Source: a virus. Taken from it: a DNA stretch of 64,000 nt. Position numbers and translations under genes: made by a program. The stretch is from positions 4,137-68,136 of IMG/VR virus record IMGVR_UViG_3300009529_002382; one strand, written 5' to 3'. This document shows positions 18,204 through 28,571 of the stretch, in pieces. The first letter of the stretch is position 1, and every line of letters starts with the position of its first letter. The notes below the pieces were generated by a model that searched no databases, was not told where the DNA came from, and saw nothing but the letters and a program-made list of their open reading frames with translations.

Positions 18204-19220
18204 TTAATCTTCCAGCAAATGTCCGTAGAAATTTTTCCTTTTTTCATCTAATTTATCATCTTTCCATGCTGTCGCAAAACAATGTTTCTTAAAAGCACAG
18301 TTTTTGCAACCCCATCCCGTGTTTTTTTCAGGTCTTGGTGGAGGGAGTAAACATAAAGGTTTACCGTCTCCGTTCTTTAACAAAGCCATTTCCATCATTA
18401 ATTTAGCCTGTCTCTGTATCAATGCCCAACTTTTATCATCCCTTTCGATCTTGTAAGCTTTAGTATAAGAATTATTTTTACATTCGTAGATTAAAATACC
18501 AAATTCACAATCTAATAAATGAGCGTAGATAGTCAACTGAATCTGATACCCAAAAGACGGTGGTTTACCGAATTTATCCAAACCGTCAAAACCATTTTGA
18601 TTAATGGTCTTCATATCGACTACAACAGGTTTCTTAGGCAGAGTATCCATGTTAAAACTTTTTATGATGCCATCGAATCTATCTGGATTAAATCTAGAAA
18701 AATCCAGAATAATATCAGCGTGTCCAAACATATTGTATTCAGGAGCAGAGACGCTCACTTCATTATAAGCAAATTTAGTAGAGCCACAAACGCATTTATC
18801 TGGTTTGAAACATCCTTGCAGATCATCTTTACCATAGACCCTTAGATTTTTCGACACATCCAATATATCTTGAAATACACCATCATCATCGATTTGACGA
18901 CACATCGGATTAATACATTGCCAAACACCACGCAAGACACCAAGACCATCGAAATACTTTTCCCAACGACTCTGCATATTATGACCTTTTTCCCATAACC
19001 TCAATACTCTGGAATCGTGATCCTCTTCTATGACTTTAATATATCCTTTTGCTGCGTATGCTTTATATTGCATCTCTCTCAAACATTTTCCGAATGCAGA
19101 AGGATGATAAATATCGTATTTTCTATCTGGAGCGGTTTTTTCTTTCCATCTAACGAATGTATCGACAGCACCTAAAACGGATTCGACAGCAGGACTATTC
19201 TTTTGTTTTCCTGTAATCAT
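18204..19220 (-). CDS. Cas4-like PD-(D/E)XK exonuclease (stand-alone phage type)
   Basis: HPSAFGKCLR, GHADII, VDMKT, YQIQLTIY, C-terminal CKNCAFKKHC. Confidence 0.8.
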   Translation of the reverse strand: MITGKQKNSPAVESVLGAVDTFVRWKEKTAPDRKYDIYHPSAFGKCLREMQYKAYAAKGYIKVIEEDHDSRVLRLWEKGHNMQSRWEKYFDGLGVLRGVWQCINPMCRQIDDDGVFQDILDVSKNLRVYGKDDLQGCFKPDKCVCGSTKFAYNEVSVSAPEYNMFGHADIILDFSRFNPDRFDGIIKSFNMDTLPKKPVVVDMKTINQNGFDGLDKFGKPPSFGYQIQLTIYAHLLDCEFGILIYECKNNSYTKAYKIERDDKSWALIQRQAKLMMEMALLKNGDGKPLCLLPPPRPEKNTGWGCKNCAFKKHCFATAWKDDKLDEKRKNFYGHLLED

Positions 19221-19224
19221 TAAT

Positions 19225-19953
19225 TTACTCCATGTTATAGTAATTTTTCTTTGACTTTTTCAACACATCTATAAAGGCTTTTCTTCCATCTGCTTTTATA
19301 TAATCATCAGGGTCCATACCCTTCGGAAGAAATACAGGAATCAATCTGACATCCAAAAACGCTCTATTGAAAAATTTAGCAATTGGAACTTTCTGTAACC
19401 TTCTTATAGCAGTCAGCCCAGCTTCATCGGAATCAAATGTGAGATACATTTCTTTACAATAACGTCTTAAGAGAGCAATCTGATGTAATTGAGGAGCACT
19501 ACCATTAACACAAACAGAACAAGAAATATCATATTGATGTAATTTGATCACATCGAACTCTCCCTCGACTAGAATTGCTTTTTTATTCTTAATAATACTC
19601 GATTTAGCAACATCTAATCCATATAGATAACAACCCTTTTGATAGCTTTCATGCCAAAAGGGACGGTGACAACCTTGTCTCCAGTCCCTTGACGAAAAAG
19701 CCACTAAATCACCATACTGATTTTTGATAGGCAACATGATTCTACCAGCTAATTCGTGCGTCTCTCCCAAACAGTTTCTAATCCTTGAAGGCATGTAACC
19801 AACGGAAAATTTTTCCAGTGTTTCTCTATCGAACTTTCTGACTTTTATCAAATAGTTCAATGCTTCCTGAGATTCTGGTTCGCCGGAAAAAAGTTCCTCT
19901 TGGCTAACCTGCAAGATCTTATATCTCTCCAACTCCGGGATCTGATTCCTCAT
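19225..19953 (-). CDS. DnaG-type primase catalytic core and TOPRIM domain, no zinc-binding domain
   Basis: GRIMLPIKNQYGDLVAFSSR, LYGLD, LVEGEFDV, FDSDEAG, KGMDPDD. Confidence 0.85.
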   Translation of the reverse strand: MRNQIPELERYKILQVSQEELFSGEPESQEALNYLIKVRKFDRETLEKFSVGYMPSRIRNCLGETHELAGRIMLPIKNQYGDLVAFSSRDWRQGCHRPFWHESYQKGCYLYGLDVAKSSIIKNKKAILVEGEFDVIKLHQYDISCSVCVNGSAPQLHQIALLRRYCKEMYLTFDSDEAGLTAIRRLQKVPIAKFFNRAFLDVRLIPVFLPKGMDPDDYIKADGRKAFIDVLKKSKKNYYNME

Positions 19954-21322
19954 CGCTAGCTTCCTCTAAATCTACATCATCCATATTGATAGCGTCGTCC
20001 ATCAAATCAAAATCTGCCACAACCTGTTCGACTAATTTCGATTTTTTGAACTTACGTTTTTTCTTCTTAACATCCGGCTCAACAATATCGGATTCTACTA
20101 CCTCCGGCTCAACCGGCAAAGGATCTTCCCGCAACATTTGTACGACTTCTGGAGGTAGTGGAATATTGTTTTCTTCGGCCTTATGAATTATTTGTTTCAA
20201 CAACATCGTCATGTATCCAGGTTCATCTTCTTGCGGTTTCAAATAATTCTCTATGAATTCCTGACGTGAGGAAGCTGACAGTTTTTTCTTAGTGTCTTCT
20301 ATGTTACAACGAAATTCACCTTTGTACACAGTTATGATCTTGTGTTGTCTTCCAGCGTCAAATATTATTTCTTCTATGTCAGGAAAGTAAGGCTCATAAT
20401 AAATTGGAACGTCTATCGGGATACTTTGTCCTAATGCGTTCCTCAATGGTTTCGCGAACCTATTTTTAACTACACGAATATAACTTGTTCTACCGATCAG
20501 TCTATCTTCTCCTGTTTCTGGATCTTGTAAACAAATGTTATGCTCTTGGCTACTTCCTCCGCGAACTTCTATCCGCAGTCTCAAAGAAGAAAGATGCTTT
20601 AACATCCTTCCTCCTGGAGTTGTTTCTGGATCACCCCACAAAATCCCTATTTTTTCTCTAATCTGATTAATGAAGATTACCAATGAACCAGTTGCAGCAG
20701 CCCATTGAGTGATTTTACCCAATTCCTGACTTAACAATCTAGCCAATTTAGCAACATTGTCTTTGCCAGCAAGAGATTCCATAACTTCTTTTGGAACTAA
20801 ATTGGCAACAGAATCTAGAACAACCACTTTAATACCACCACGCATAATTTGGATAATGGCTTCCATCACATCTTCCGCAAAATATAATTCATCTGGTTGT
20901 TTATAATTTATCAAATCAGACAAATATAATTCGTCTAGATCGACATTATTTATCAACGCTAAATCTTCTGAGAATGATTGTTCAGTGTCAAGCCACGCAC
21001 ATTCATAACCCATTTTTTGAGCGGCACCGACTATCCTATAACACAAGTACGACTTCCCACCACCTTCTGGTCCAAAGACTTCAACCAATTTTCCCAAAGG
21101 TATCCCAAGGGGCTTGGTGGGGTCATAAACTTTATGTTTAGGCCCCAACTCACTCGCCCCAGGTAATGTCCCAAAATTGATAGCAAAATCCAGATTGAAA
21201 TAACCAGTTGGTATTTTAACAGAATCGTTTCCTCTGATGCCACCTTTCTTGATAAAACCCATACTCAACAGGTTTTCCAAAGATACTTTACCAACTTTCG
21301 TTTTTGGGCCTTTCTTTGCCAT
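19919..21322 (-). CDS. recA: RecA/UvsX-family recombinase
   Basis: IPTG, EVFGPEGGGKS, WLDTE, VVLDSVANL, IFINQIREKIG, ETTPGGRMLKH, VVKNRFAKP. Confidence 0.9.
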   Translation of the reverse strand: MAKKGPKTKVGKVSLENLLSMGFIKKGGIRGNDSVKIPTGYFNLDFAINFGTLPGASELGPKHKVYDPTKPLGIPLGKLVEVFGPEGGGKSYLCYRIVGAAQKMGYECAWLDTEQSFSEDLALINNVDLDELYLSDLINYKQPDELYFAEDVMEAIIQIMRGGIKVVVLDSVANLVPKEVMESLAGKDNVAKLARLLSQELGKITQWAAATGSLVIFINQIREKIGILWGDPETTPGGRMLKHLSSLRLRIEVRGGSSQEHNICLQDPETGEDRLIGRTSYIRVVKNRFAKPLRNALGQSIPIDVPIYYEPYFPDIEEIIFDAGRQHKIITVYKGEFRCNIEDTKKKLSASSRQEFIENYLKPQEDEPGYMTMLLKQIIHKAEENNIPLPPEVVQMLREDPLPVEPEVVESDIVEPDVKKKKRKFKKSKLVEQVVADFDLMDDAINMDDVDLEEASDEESDPGVGEI

Positions 21323-21356
21323 ATCTACTTTCCTTTACTTTAGAACGATACGTTTA

Positions 21357-22049
21357 CTAGAAATCAAGATTTGGTTCGTTATTGTCGACAAAATCTGAAT
21401 CAACACCGCCGTCTTCTAGATCGTTTTCAACAGTATTAACTGAATCTACGTTCCCTTCCTCGACAGGTCCAGAATGACCTACAACAAGCCCCAGTTTCTC
21501 TTCAATCTTATCGATGGGAGTAGCAGCATAAATCTCTCTGAGATCATACACTCCACCACCACTTTCCTTATCCAATATCTTTTTATCTTCTTGAGTCCAA
21601 GGTGTGTTCAAAGAATCAGGGTTAGCTTCGCAGTGCCACTTCGTCCCCTTAATACCAGAACCAGTCTTCTTGATTAAGAAATCGTTCCCATTCTTTCCAC
21701 CAGGTTCCTGATGCGTATTTTTTCCCCACTTTTTCATTTCTTGATAAACAGTGAAAGGGAACTCAACGATCTTCAACTTACAATCTGCCCTGTCAATCAT
21801 ATTCATCGCATAACGCTTTGTAGGTTCGAGTTCATACTTGTTCCTGATAGGGCACTCATCTGGTTTTCCAGCGATAGCAGAATGAAGTTTTCCCTCAGAA
21901 TCTCTGACATAAAAACGCTCGAACTCTACTGGGAACCCCACCGGGCGTAAACGATACTCGATGTTTGGCTCGATTCTCAAATACTCTCTCTGATTGCCTG
22001 TACCTCCACCTGTACCTGTTGCGTCATCCCACTTTAATACTCTAGCCAT
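21357..22049 (-). CDS. Putative gp32-like single-stranded DNA-binding protein
   Basis: Next to recA; YRLRPV, CP, RYAMNMIDR, GNDFLIKKTGSG; acidic tail ending LDF. Confidence 0.6.
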   Translation of the reverse strand: MARVLKWDDATGTGGGTGNQREYLRIEPNIEYRLRPVGFPVEFERFYVRDSEGKLHSAIAGKPDECPIRNKYELEPTKRYAMNMIDRADCKLKIVEFPFTVYQEMKKWGKNTHQEPGGKNGNDFLIKKTGSGIKGTKWHCEANPDSLNTPWTQEDKKILDKESGGGVYDLREIYAATPIDKIEEKLGLVVGHSGPVEEGNVDSVNTVENDLEDGGVDSDFVDNNEPNLDF

Positions 22050-22104
22050 AATATACTCTCCTTATGCTAAAAACATGAGAGACCATCTCTCATTAATCTT
22101 GTAA

Positions 22105-23241
22105 TTACCATTTCAAAACCTTAGCCAATTGTTTGTCTGGTTTTGAATTATTTTCCTTATTCTCTTCTCCATCTTCTTCGTCATGCAAAGAATCAAATTG
22201 CATGCACATTTTTTCTTCTTCTTTTGAGTCTTTCTTTTGTTTTAGAGGAACATCGGAATGTTCCTCTCTTATCTTTGGTTCTTCTTCATATGGATCAGCA
22301 TACCTAGTCGGCAACTGTTTCGTCGCCGTCAATATTGTTAAATGTCTTGACGCAAGACTAGCTGCACCTTCCAAATTCTTCATAACGCCTTCTATGTCTT
22401 CTCTAATCCCCTCAAGCTCTGCTACATATCTTTCTACATCCCCCATATGAAGATACACAAGACCTTTAAATTTATCTATGGGCTTTTCATAAGCGACATG
22501 TGCCAATAACCCACGAAGCAGATCAACAAATCGATGCCACAAAAAATACTGGCTATTAACCTTAATCAACATCTCTTGAATTCGATCCTTCCATTCATGG
22601 ATTCTCACCATAGTCTTGCATAAAATCTTTGAGTCATACGGCATATCGGCCAGATCTATTTTGGTGTTTTTAAGTTCATTACGAAAATCTTCGAATGGAA
22701 GAGGGTTATCCCCAACAATGGATAAAACGAGTTTCTTTTTCTCTTGATAAAAAGTGTTTAACTTTGGAACAGAATTCTCGAAATGCCAGCGGAAACCGTT
22801 TGGTGATGTTTCTATATTTTTTGGCAAATCCATTGTTACACTCTCTTCTGACTCAGACGAGTCAGTCTCAAAAACATTAGCATCATTGCTATTACTATCT
22901 TCGGCATCTTCTTCAACTATTCCTTCTTCTTCTACATCTATTTTCGGTTCAGACACACTTTCTTGAATGACTTTTTTCACATCTTCCACAGAAGTCGTTT
23001 TATCTGCTATACTTACCTCTTCCTCTTCTTCTTCAACTGGCACAAATAAAACTTTGGTTTTTTCGACTTCTTCTTTGTTTTCTTTCAAATTATCATCGAA
23101 TTTTTTGAAATTATCATCTCTTGGTACGCTCTCAAATCCATCTTCAGCCTGTTTTGTCATAAGCTGGTTGACATCAACTTCTCCATTAGCATCATCAATA
23201 TCAAATAGCTGACGAAATTTTTCGGCAGTATCCTTGTTCAT
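22105..23241 (-). CDS. Hypothetical acidic/coiled-coil protein
   Basis: 378-aa ORF with GAGGA RBS. Confidence 0.65.
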   Translation of the reverse strand: MNKDTAEKFRQLFDIDDANGEVDVNQLMTKQAEDGFESVPRDDNFKKFDDNLKENKEEVEKTKVLFVPVEEEEEEVSIADKTTSVEDVKKVIQESVSEPKIDVEEEGIVEEDAEDSNSNDANVFETDSSESEESVTMDLPKNIETSPNGFRWHFENSVPKLNTFYQEKKKLVLSIVGDNPLPFEDFRNELKNTKIDLADMPYDSKILCKTMVRIHEWKDRIQEMLIKVNSQYFLWHRFVDLLRGLLAHVAYEKPIDKFKGLVYLHMGDVERYVAELEGIREDIEGVMKNLEGAASLASRHLTILTATKQLPTRYADPYEEEPKIREEHSDVPLKQKKDSKEEEKMCMQFDSLHDEEDGEENKENNSKPDKQLAKVLKW

Positions 23242-23252
23242 ATGATTTCCTC

Positions 23253-23525
23253 TTAATCTGTGTTATCTGCCTTGTAGGCGTGAACGGATTCTCTCGTTTT
23301 CAGTTGTTCGAACACATCATCTCTTGTTTCCTCAAAATCCTTTAGAAGTAGGTTATGGATATTTTTCGATTTCTGTGCTCTTTCTGCAAGGTCTTTCCAT
23401 TCTATTACTTCGTCATAACTCACTGTGATATCAAGCATTTCGTACCTGACTCCTGTTGTGAATTTTTGCGTAATAGTTTTTTGGATTCTGGATTTTCTCA
23501 GCGGTGTTTCTTTTTGATCAGCCAT
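23253..23525 (-). CDS. Hypothetical protein
   Basis: ORF; AGGAG precedes ATG 23525 (MADQKE). Confidence 0.6.
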   Translation of the reverse strand: MADQKETPLRKSRIQKTITQKFTTGVRYEMLDITVSYDEVIEWKDLAERAQKSKNIHNLLLKDFEETRDDVFEQLKTRESVHAYKADNTD

Positions 23526-23877
23526 TTTTTTCTCCTTCATTTTCTGACGACACATTGTTCGGTATCTTTAGCAATATCTTTAGCACTACCAGAATATCAC
23601 TAACTCCGCAAATTACTTTTGGGTTTCTTGACGACCATGGGGAACCAACTTTGGCTATCTTATTAGTAACGTGTATTCCCACATATGCTACACCTTCATT
23701 CCCGTCTTTATATTTTACTTTTTTTGGCTCGTCCTGCGTAATAACCCCCAAACATCCTAAGCCACATAGTGCTAGTGAACCTCGTCTTGGTGTATCATCC
23801 ATTTTTTTCTCCAGTATGTCTTTTGTACCGTCTGCTGGCTTGTCTGATAGCCAATCCTCATAACTATTATAATGCAT
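23518..23877 (-). CDS. Hypothetical protein
   Basis: 119-aa ORF coupled to its neighbours. Confidence 0.6.
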   Translation of the reverse strand: MHYNSYEDWLSDKPADGTKDILEKKMDDTPRRGSLALCGLGCLGVITQDEPKKVKYKDGNEGVAYVGIHVTNKIAKVGSPWSSRNPKVICGVSDILVVLKILLKIPNNVSSENEGEKNG

Positions 23878-24121
23878 TTTTTTCTCCCATTCTATCTTTA
23901 TATTTTTTCTTTAGTAAAATCTTTCTGTGCGAATAATATAGTTGTATTTGTTGTCTTTGTCTTACTTTTGCGGACTCAGTAAGTTGCCACTCTGGCAAAA
24001 CATGTGGGACGAAAGTAAGATGTTGAGAAAAAATAGACAAATCTAATTCTAGAGCTGACGGTTCTATCCCAAGTCTATCTTTAATTCTCTCCTGGAAATC
24101 ATAATAACTATGGAAGTACAT
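23867..24121 (-). CDS. Small protein with the tag motif at its N-terminus
   Basis: MYFHSYYDFQERIKDRLG...; AGGAG RBS. Confidence 0.7.
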   Translation of the reverse strand: MYFHSYYDFQERIKDRLGIEPSALELDLSIFSQHLTFVPHVLPEWQLTESAKVRQRQQIQLYYSHRKILLKKKYKDRMGEKNAL

Positions 24122-24146
24122 TATTTACTCCTACAACACTATCGGC

Positions 24147-27100
24147 CTAATCATCGAACATATTTTGTGAAATCACACCTTTTCCCGCTGCAACTTTAAA
24201 ATCTTTTCTGTAGCTATCGAACAATTCCACAAGACCTTCTCTATCTAACTTCTGACCGGTGGTCTTGTGCCTATTTTTTATATATCCGCGAAAAAAACCA
24301 CCATCATATAGACATCCTATGGCATCTTTTTTGATACTTGTCCCTTCTCTAGAAGCCACACGAGCCAAATCCTTTAGACCACCATATGGCGTGTTGTCCT
24401 CTACTTCTTGAGCGGCATGTTCGCCAATGCCCTTTACCATTAATGTCGGAGAAATAACAGAATATCCATCACCCTTTGTACGATCTGCTTTCTTGAGTAT
24501 TTTATATTTAACACCACAATTATTAATTTCTTTTTTACCCAATTTAATTTTACAAGTTGGTAAAGCACCTTCGTATTTTTCAACTAAATCAAACTTCTTG
24601 CGTAGGTTTTCTACATTCAATAATGACACCATAAATTCTTCAGGATAATGAACTTTTAGGTAACAAGTCCAGTAGCTAGTCAAAGAATAACTACACGCAT
24701 GGCTTCGATTAAAGCCATAATCAGCGAACGGAATTATACATTTTTCCCAATAACTTTCGGCTATTTTCGCAGGGACTCCATTCTTTACACAGCCAAAAAT
24801 AAATTGCTTTTTAAACCTTTTCAATAATGCCTCTTTCTTCTTACCAACGGCCTTAATCATGATATAACCATTTGTGATGGAAAAACCAGCTAATGCATTA
24901 CATACCTGCATTAGAGATTCCTGATATATTAAAATTCCATAAGTATCTTTTAATATACTTTCAGTATGCTTTTTAATAGATGGATGAAAATAATCAGGAT
25001 TACTTTTACCTTCTTTACAGGCACAATATTGAGGAACGAATTTAGAAGGGCCAGGACGAACTAAAGCGTTAGCAGCCATAATATCGTTGAACTCAATCGG
25101 CTTCATTTTTCTTAAAACAGCCTGCATCCCTGGTTCTTCACATTGAAAAACACCATCCAAAACACCAGACTGATACATCTTATACACTTCTGGATCGTCT
25201 ATAGGAATGGCATCCAAATCTATGTCGATGTCATAATTCTCTTTTATCAACTTAAGAGTTTCATCTATAGTTGTCAAAGTGCTAACACCCAAATCGTCGA
25301 ATTTAAGAATACCCATTTCTTCTAAATCTTCGTTAGGATATTGAGTAGCAACACCATTTGCACAGCGTATGATTGGGACTATATCTTTCAAAGGATCACC
25401 AGACACAATAACCCCAGCAGCGTGTACCGTAAAATTCTGAATTAACCCTTCAACGGCTTGAGAATGTTTTCTGACATTCGGGTATTTATCATTCATATAC
25501 CAATTAAAGTCTTTAAAACATTTCATGGCATCTTCGATAGTTTTGACCTTCATATTTTCGCCGGTCTCTGGATCTTTTGCTTGTAATACTCCTTTGCCCT
25601 TGGGTATGGGCAACAAGATTTCATTTACTTTTTTTACATTCTCTGTTTTATAGACAACATCGCCTTTGTGAAACGCACCGGCCACATCTAAGGCTTTAGT
25701 AACCCTTGTAATAGAAGCACGAAGGCCCATAGTGCCATAGGTCCCGATATTCGCAGTATAATCATCTCCGTATTTTCTCTTCTTATAATCTATCACTTCT
25801 TGTCTGCGAAAATAACAAAAATCTGTATCGATATCTGGATATCCCGCTCTAGCGTATGTCCTTCTTATTGGCAGAAAATCGCCATCAGGTTCTTTAGATG
25901 TAATTCCAATCTCATATGCGACAAGACTGTTGATTTTATTTTCATCACCCACGATATTATTATTAATACAGTACATATGAATCTCGTAAAACATAACAAG
26001 GTTATTTTTACCATTCAGTCCAAATGTATCTGTCATTTCGTCAAACTCATCATCGCATTGTTTCTTCCAATCGTCATCTCTAGTTGGCATCTTCAACCAA
26101 AGTTCTTTTTTGATTTCTTCATTACTAATTTTATATAAGTTAGGATTTTCTGGTTTCTCGATGCCAAAATCATTGTATTTTATATACTTTTCTGACGAAA
26201 AACCTAAAAACCTCTCCCATAATAATCCGTAATCTAGTGGATCTACCCCTGAACAAATATCTAAACAATGCAATAGTATACTTCCATATCCAGACCCTCT
26301 CCCTGGAGCAACCATAATACCATTTTCTTTAGCCCAATGTATATAATCTCTAACAATTAAAAAGTATGTCGGAAAATCAAGTTCGTTCACATCCAACGCC
26401 GTTTTGACATCAAGAAGCTCACGTTTTAATCTCCTAACATGTTTCTCACTCTGGTCCCAACCTTTCCTGACCAATCCCTTTTTTGCGAGATCTGTCAAAT
26501 ACTTCATTGGTGTTTCAAATTCTGGAGGAGTTTCATATACCGGCAATCTCATTTTACCGAATAAATTATCCATTATATCTCTGGCATCAACCTTATCAGC
26601 AATAGCCATGCTGTTGTAAATGACTTCAGGATAATTCCCAAAGACATCACCCATCTCTTGAGCACTCTTTAAATACAATTCAGGGTAACAATGTTTACCG
26701 TGGTTTGGGTTAGTCAGACAAGTTTGCCTTCCCATACACATGAAAACTTCTTGGGATGACGCATCGTCTCTTGTCAAATAGTGGACATCATTTGTAGCAA
26801 CAACAGGTATGTCTAATTCTTTGCCGATTTTTAATATTGATGTACTCACAACGTATTCAGCAGCAATTCCGTGATACATAATCTCAAGAAAAAAATCATC
26901 TCCAAAGATTTCCTTCATAATAGACGCTGCTTTTTTTGCTTGTTTATATCTTCCATGCCGCAAATTATAATTAATAACACCGGCCAGACATGCTGAACCA
27001 CATATCAAACCCTCAGAATGATCTGCGAGAGTTGTTATATCAATGCGTGGAGAATAATAGAATCCATCTGTCCATGAAATCGTCTGTAATCTACACAGAT

Positions 27101-27455
27101 TATTATACCCCTTCCAATTTTTCGCAAGCAAAAGAAGATGATGATTACCTTTTTGACCGTCAGGCTGATTCTTTTTATTACCATCTAGATAACGTCCGAT
27201 GTACGCCTCAAATCCGATAATCGGTTTAATTGTTGGGTATTCTATTTTGTTACCTTTTTTATCTTTTGTTTTACCGCATTCTCTGATGAATTTGATACAA
27301 CCGCCCATTCTGCCGTGATCGGTCAAAGCGAGGGCAGGAAACCCCATCTTTCTTGCCTCCATAACCAATTTGGAAACACTTAAGAGACCGTCAAATTGTG
27401 AGTAATCACTATGAACGTGCAGATGTACGAAATTCTTATTCAGGAATTTTTCCAT
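24147..27455 (-). CDS. dnaE: DNA polymerase III alpha subunit (family C) with palm insertion
   Basis: FVHLHVHSDYS, ALTDHG, ATNDVHY, PGRGSG, PDIDTDF, HAAGVIV, KFDDLG, GVFQCE, TYGILIYQE, YGFNRSHA. Confidence 0.95.
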   Translation of the reverse strand: MEKFLNKNFVHLHVHSDYSQFDGLLSVSKLVMEARKMGFPALALTDHGRMGGCIKFIRECGKTKDKKGNKIEYPTIKPIIGFEAYIGRYLDGNKKNQPDGQKGNHHLLLLAKNWKGYNNLCRLQTISWTDGFYYSPRIDITTLADHSEGLICGSACLAGVINYNLRHGRYKQAKKAASIMKEIFGDDFFLEIMYHGIAAEYVVSTSILKIGKELDIPVVATNDVHYLTRDDASSQEVFMCMGRQTCLTNPNHGKHCYPELYLKSAQEMGDVFGNYPEVIYNSMAIADKVDARDIMDNLFGKMRLPVYETPPEFETPMKYLTDLAKKGLVRKGWDQSEKHVRRLKRELLDVKTALDVNELDFPTYFLIVRDYIHWAKENGIMVAPGRGSGYGSILLHCLDICSGVDPLDYGLLWERFLGFSSEKYIKYNDFGIEKPENPNLYKISNEEIKKELWLKMPTRDDDWKKQCDDEFDEMTDTFGLNGKNNLVMFYEIHMYCINNNIVGDENKINSLVAYEIGITSKEPDGDFLPIRRTYARAGYPDIDTDFCYFRRQEVIDYKKRKYGDDYTANIGTYGTMGLRASITRVTKALDVAGAFHKGDVVYKTENVKKVNEILLPIPKGKGVLQAKDPETGENMKVKTIEDAMKCFKDFNWYMNDKYPNVRKHSQAVEGLIQNFTVHAAGVIVSGDPLKDIVPIIRCANGVATQYPNEDLEEMGILKFDDLGVSTLTTIDETLKLIKENYDIDIDLDAIPIDDPEVYKMYQSGVLDGVFQCEEPGMQAVLRKMKPIEFNDIMAANALVRPGPSKFVPQYCACKEGKSNPDYFHPSIKKHTESILKDTYGILIYQESLMQVCNALAGFSITNGYIMIKAVGKKKEALLKRFKKQFIFGCVKNGVPAKIAESYWEKCIIPFADYGFNRSHACSYSLTSYWTCYLKVHYPEEFMVSLLNVENLRKKFDLVEKYEGALPTCKIKLGKKEINNCGVKYKILKKADRTKGDGYSVISPTLMVKGIGEHAAQEVEDNTPYGGLKDLARVASREGTSIKKDAIGCLYDGGFFRGYIKNRHKTTGQKLDREGLVELFDSYRKDFKVAAGKGVISQNMFDD

Positions 27456-27537
27456 ATAATTCTCCGATATTAGGCGTCGATGAATATAGTTTGTTCTCTA
27501 CTATATCGACAAAACTACGCAACGACATAAGACGGTT

Positions 27538-27813
27538 CTAACAATGTTTTGTGGGGTCATATTTTTCGATATGCCCATCATTGTAGCGTATTTTTTTTGG
27601 GAAACACTGCCTGACGTATTTTCCGTCAACTTCAAAAACTTCTCTATCCCCTTTACCACAATAACCTAATGTAGTCGGGAAAAGCAATCTTTTACATCTT
27701 TTACCATCAGCAGAAAAATAAGGTTTGTCTCTTTCTGAAATCTGTCGTAGTTCTTGAAAAATTTCTTCTGTTTCTGGATGTTTGTATTCATAAATTGGCA
27801 TGACGATTCTCAC
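27538..27813 (-). CDS. FmdB-like small protein
   Basis: MPIYEYK...FQELRQISE pattern. Confidence 0.55.
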   Translation of the reverse strand: MRIVMPIYEYKHPETEEIFQELRQISERDKPYFSADGKRCKRLLFPTTLGYCGKGDREVFEVDGKYVRQCFPKKIRYNDGHIEKYDPTKHC

Positions 27814-28571
27814 AAAACCATAAAATCAAATTCATCATCTATTGGTTCTTTCTCTGGCCTTTTATCTTTATATGATTTAAATATTCTTTTTCCTTCTTTC
27901 CTTGCTCGGAGTATAGTCTCATCATACAACTCTTGCTCAACAGATTTCAGAATTTTATTTTGTTCTTTATCAGATAACCCATAAAAAGATATTAAATTAT
28001 GATCTTTTTCAAACAATATTTTCTTTTTTATAGATTCTACATCTAATTGATTTATCAAATATGGCAAAAAATAATTATCGATGATTTTTTCTTCTGTCCA
28101 ACCTTTACTGAGGAAATATGGTACAGAATACCCATAAGCGAATTCTTCTTCATAACCCTCATTCGTATGTCTCCCCTTAACCCTCACATCAGAAGCATAA
28201 TGAAGCAATTCGTGGACCAGCGTTTCATCAGGAGTCGTATGTGCCCTAACTCCGCTCCAAATACCATCAGATCTCTCATCCACTAAATTGTTAGCAATAA
28301 TAATTATACGAGAATATGAACAATAAACACCACCTACTTTTGGATACCCAGCTTCTTCTAAAGTTTTTTTCGGGCAAAAATAAACAGCAATTCCTTTGAT
28401 GTCCATATCCGGAAAAAGAGAATCAACATAATCGTATGATTCCTTATATTGAGGGTACTTAACCGTTTCAGTCCCTGGAGCAGACTTTATCATATCAAGA
28501 TTCTTCATCACACGTGTAGCAACATGTTTCTTATACATCATCCGATCTTGCCAAGAACTATTCTTCATCAT
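27810..28571 (-). CDS. Putative zincin-like metallopeptidase
   Basis: ETLVHELLHY (HExxH) followed by EEEFAY. Confidence 0.6.
   Translation of the reverse strand: MMKNSSWQDRMMYKKHVATRVMKNLDMIKSAPGTETVKYPQYKESYDYVDSLFPDMDIKGIAVYFCPKKTLEEAGYPKVGGVYCSYSRIIIIANNLVDERSDGIWSGVRAHTTPDETLVHELLHYASDVRVKGRHTNEGYEEEFAYGYSVPYFLSKGWTEEKIIDNYFLPYLINQLDVESIKKKILFEKDHNLISFYGLSDKEQNKILKSVEQELYDETILRARKEGKRIFKSYKDKRPEKEPIDDEFDFMVL

Noticed and set aside
18204-19220. Cas4-like gene as evidence of a CRISPR-Cas system
   Set aside because: No cas1/cas2 and no repeat-spacer array seen. Stand-alone Cas4-like nucleases are common in phage recombination clusters.
25842-26204. DnaE insertion as an intein or intron
   Set aside because: No N-terminal Cys/Ser block, no terminal His-Asn, and the frame is uninterrupted.
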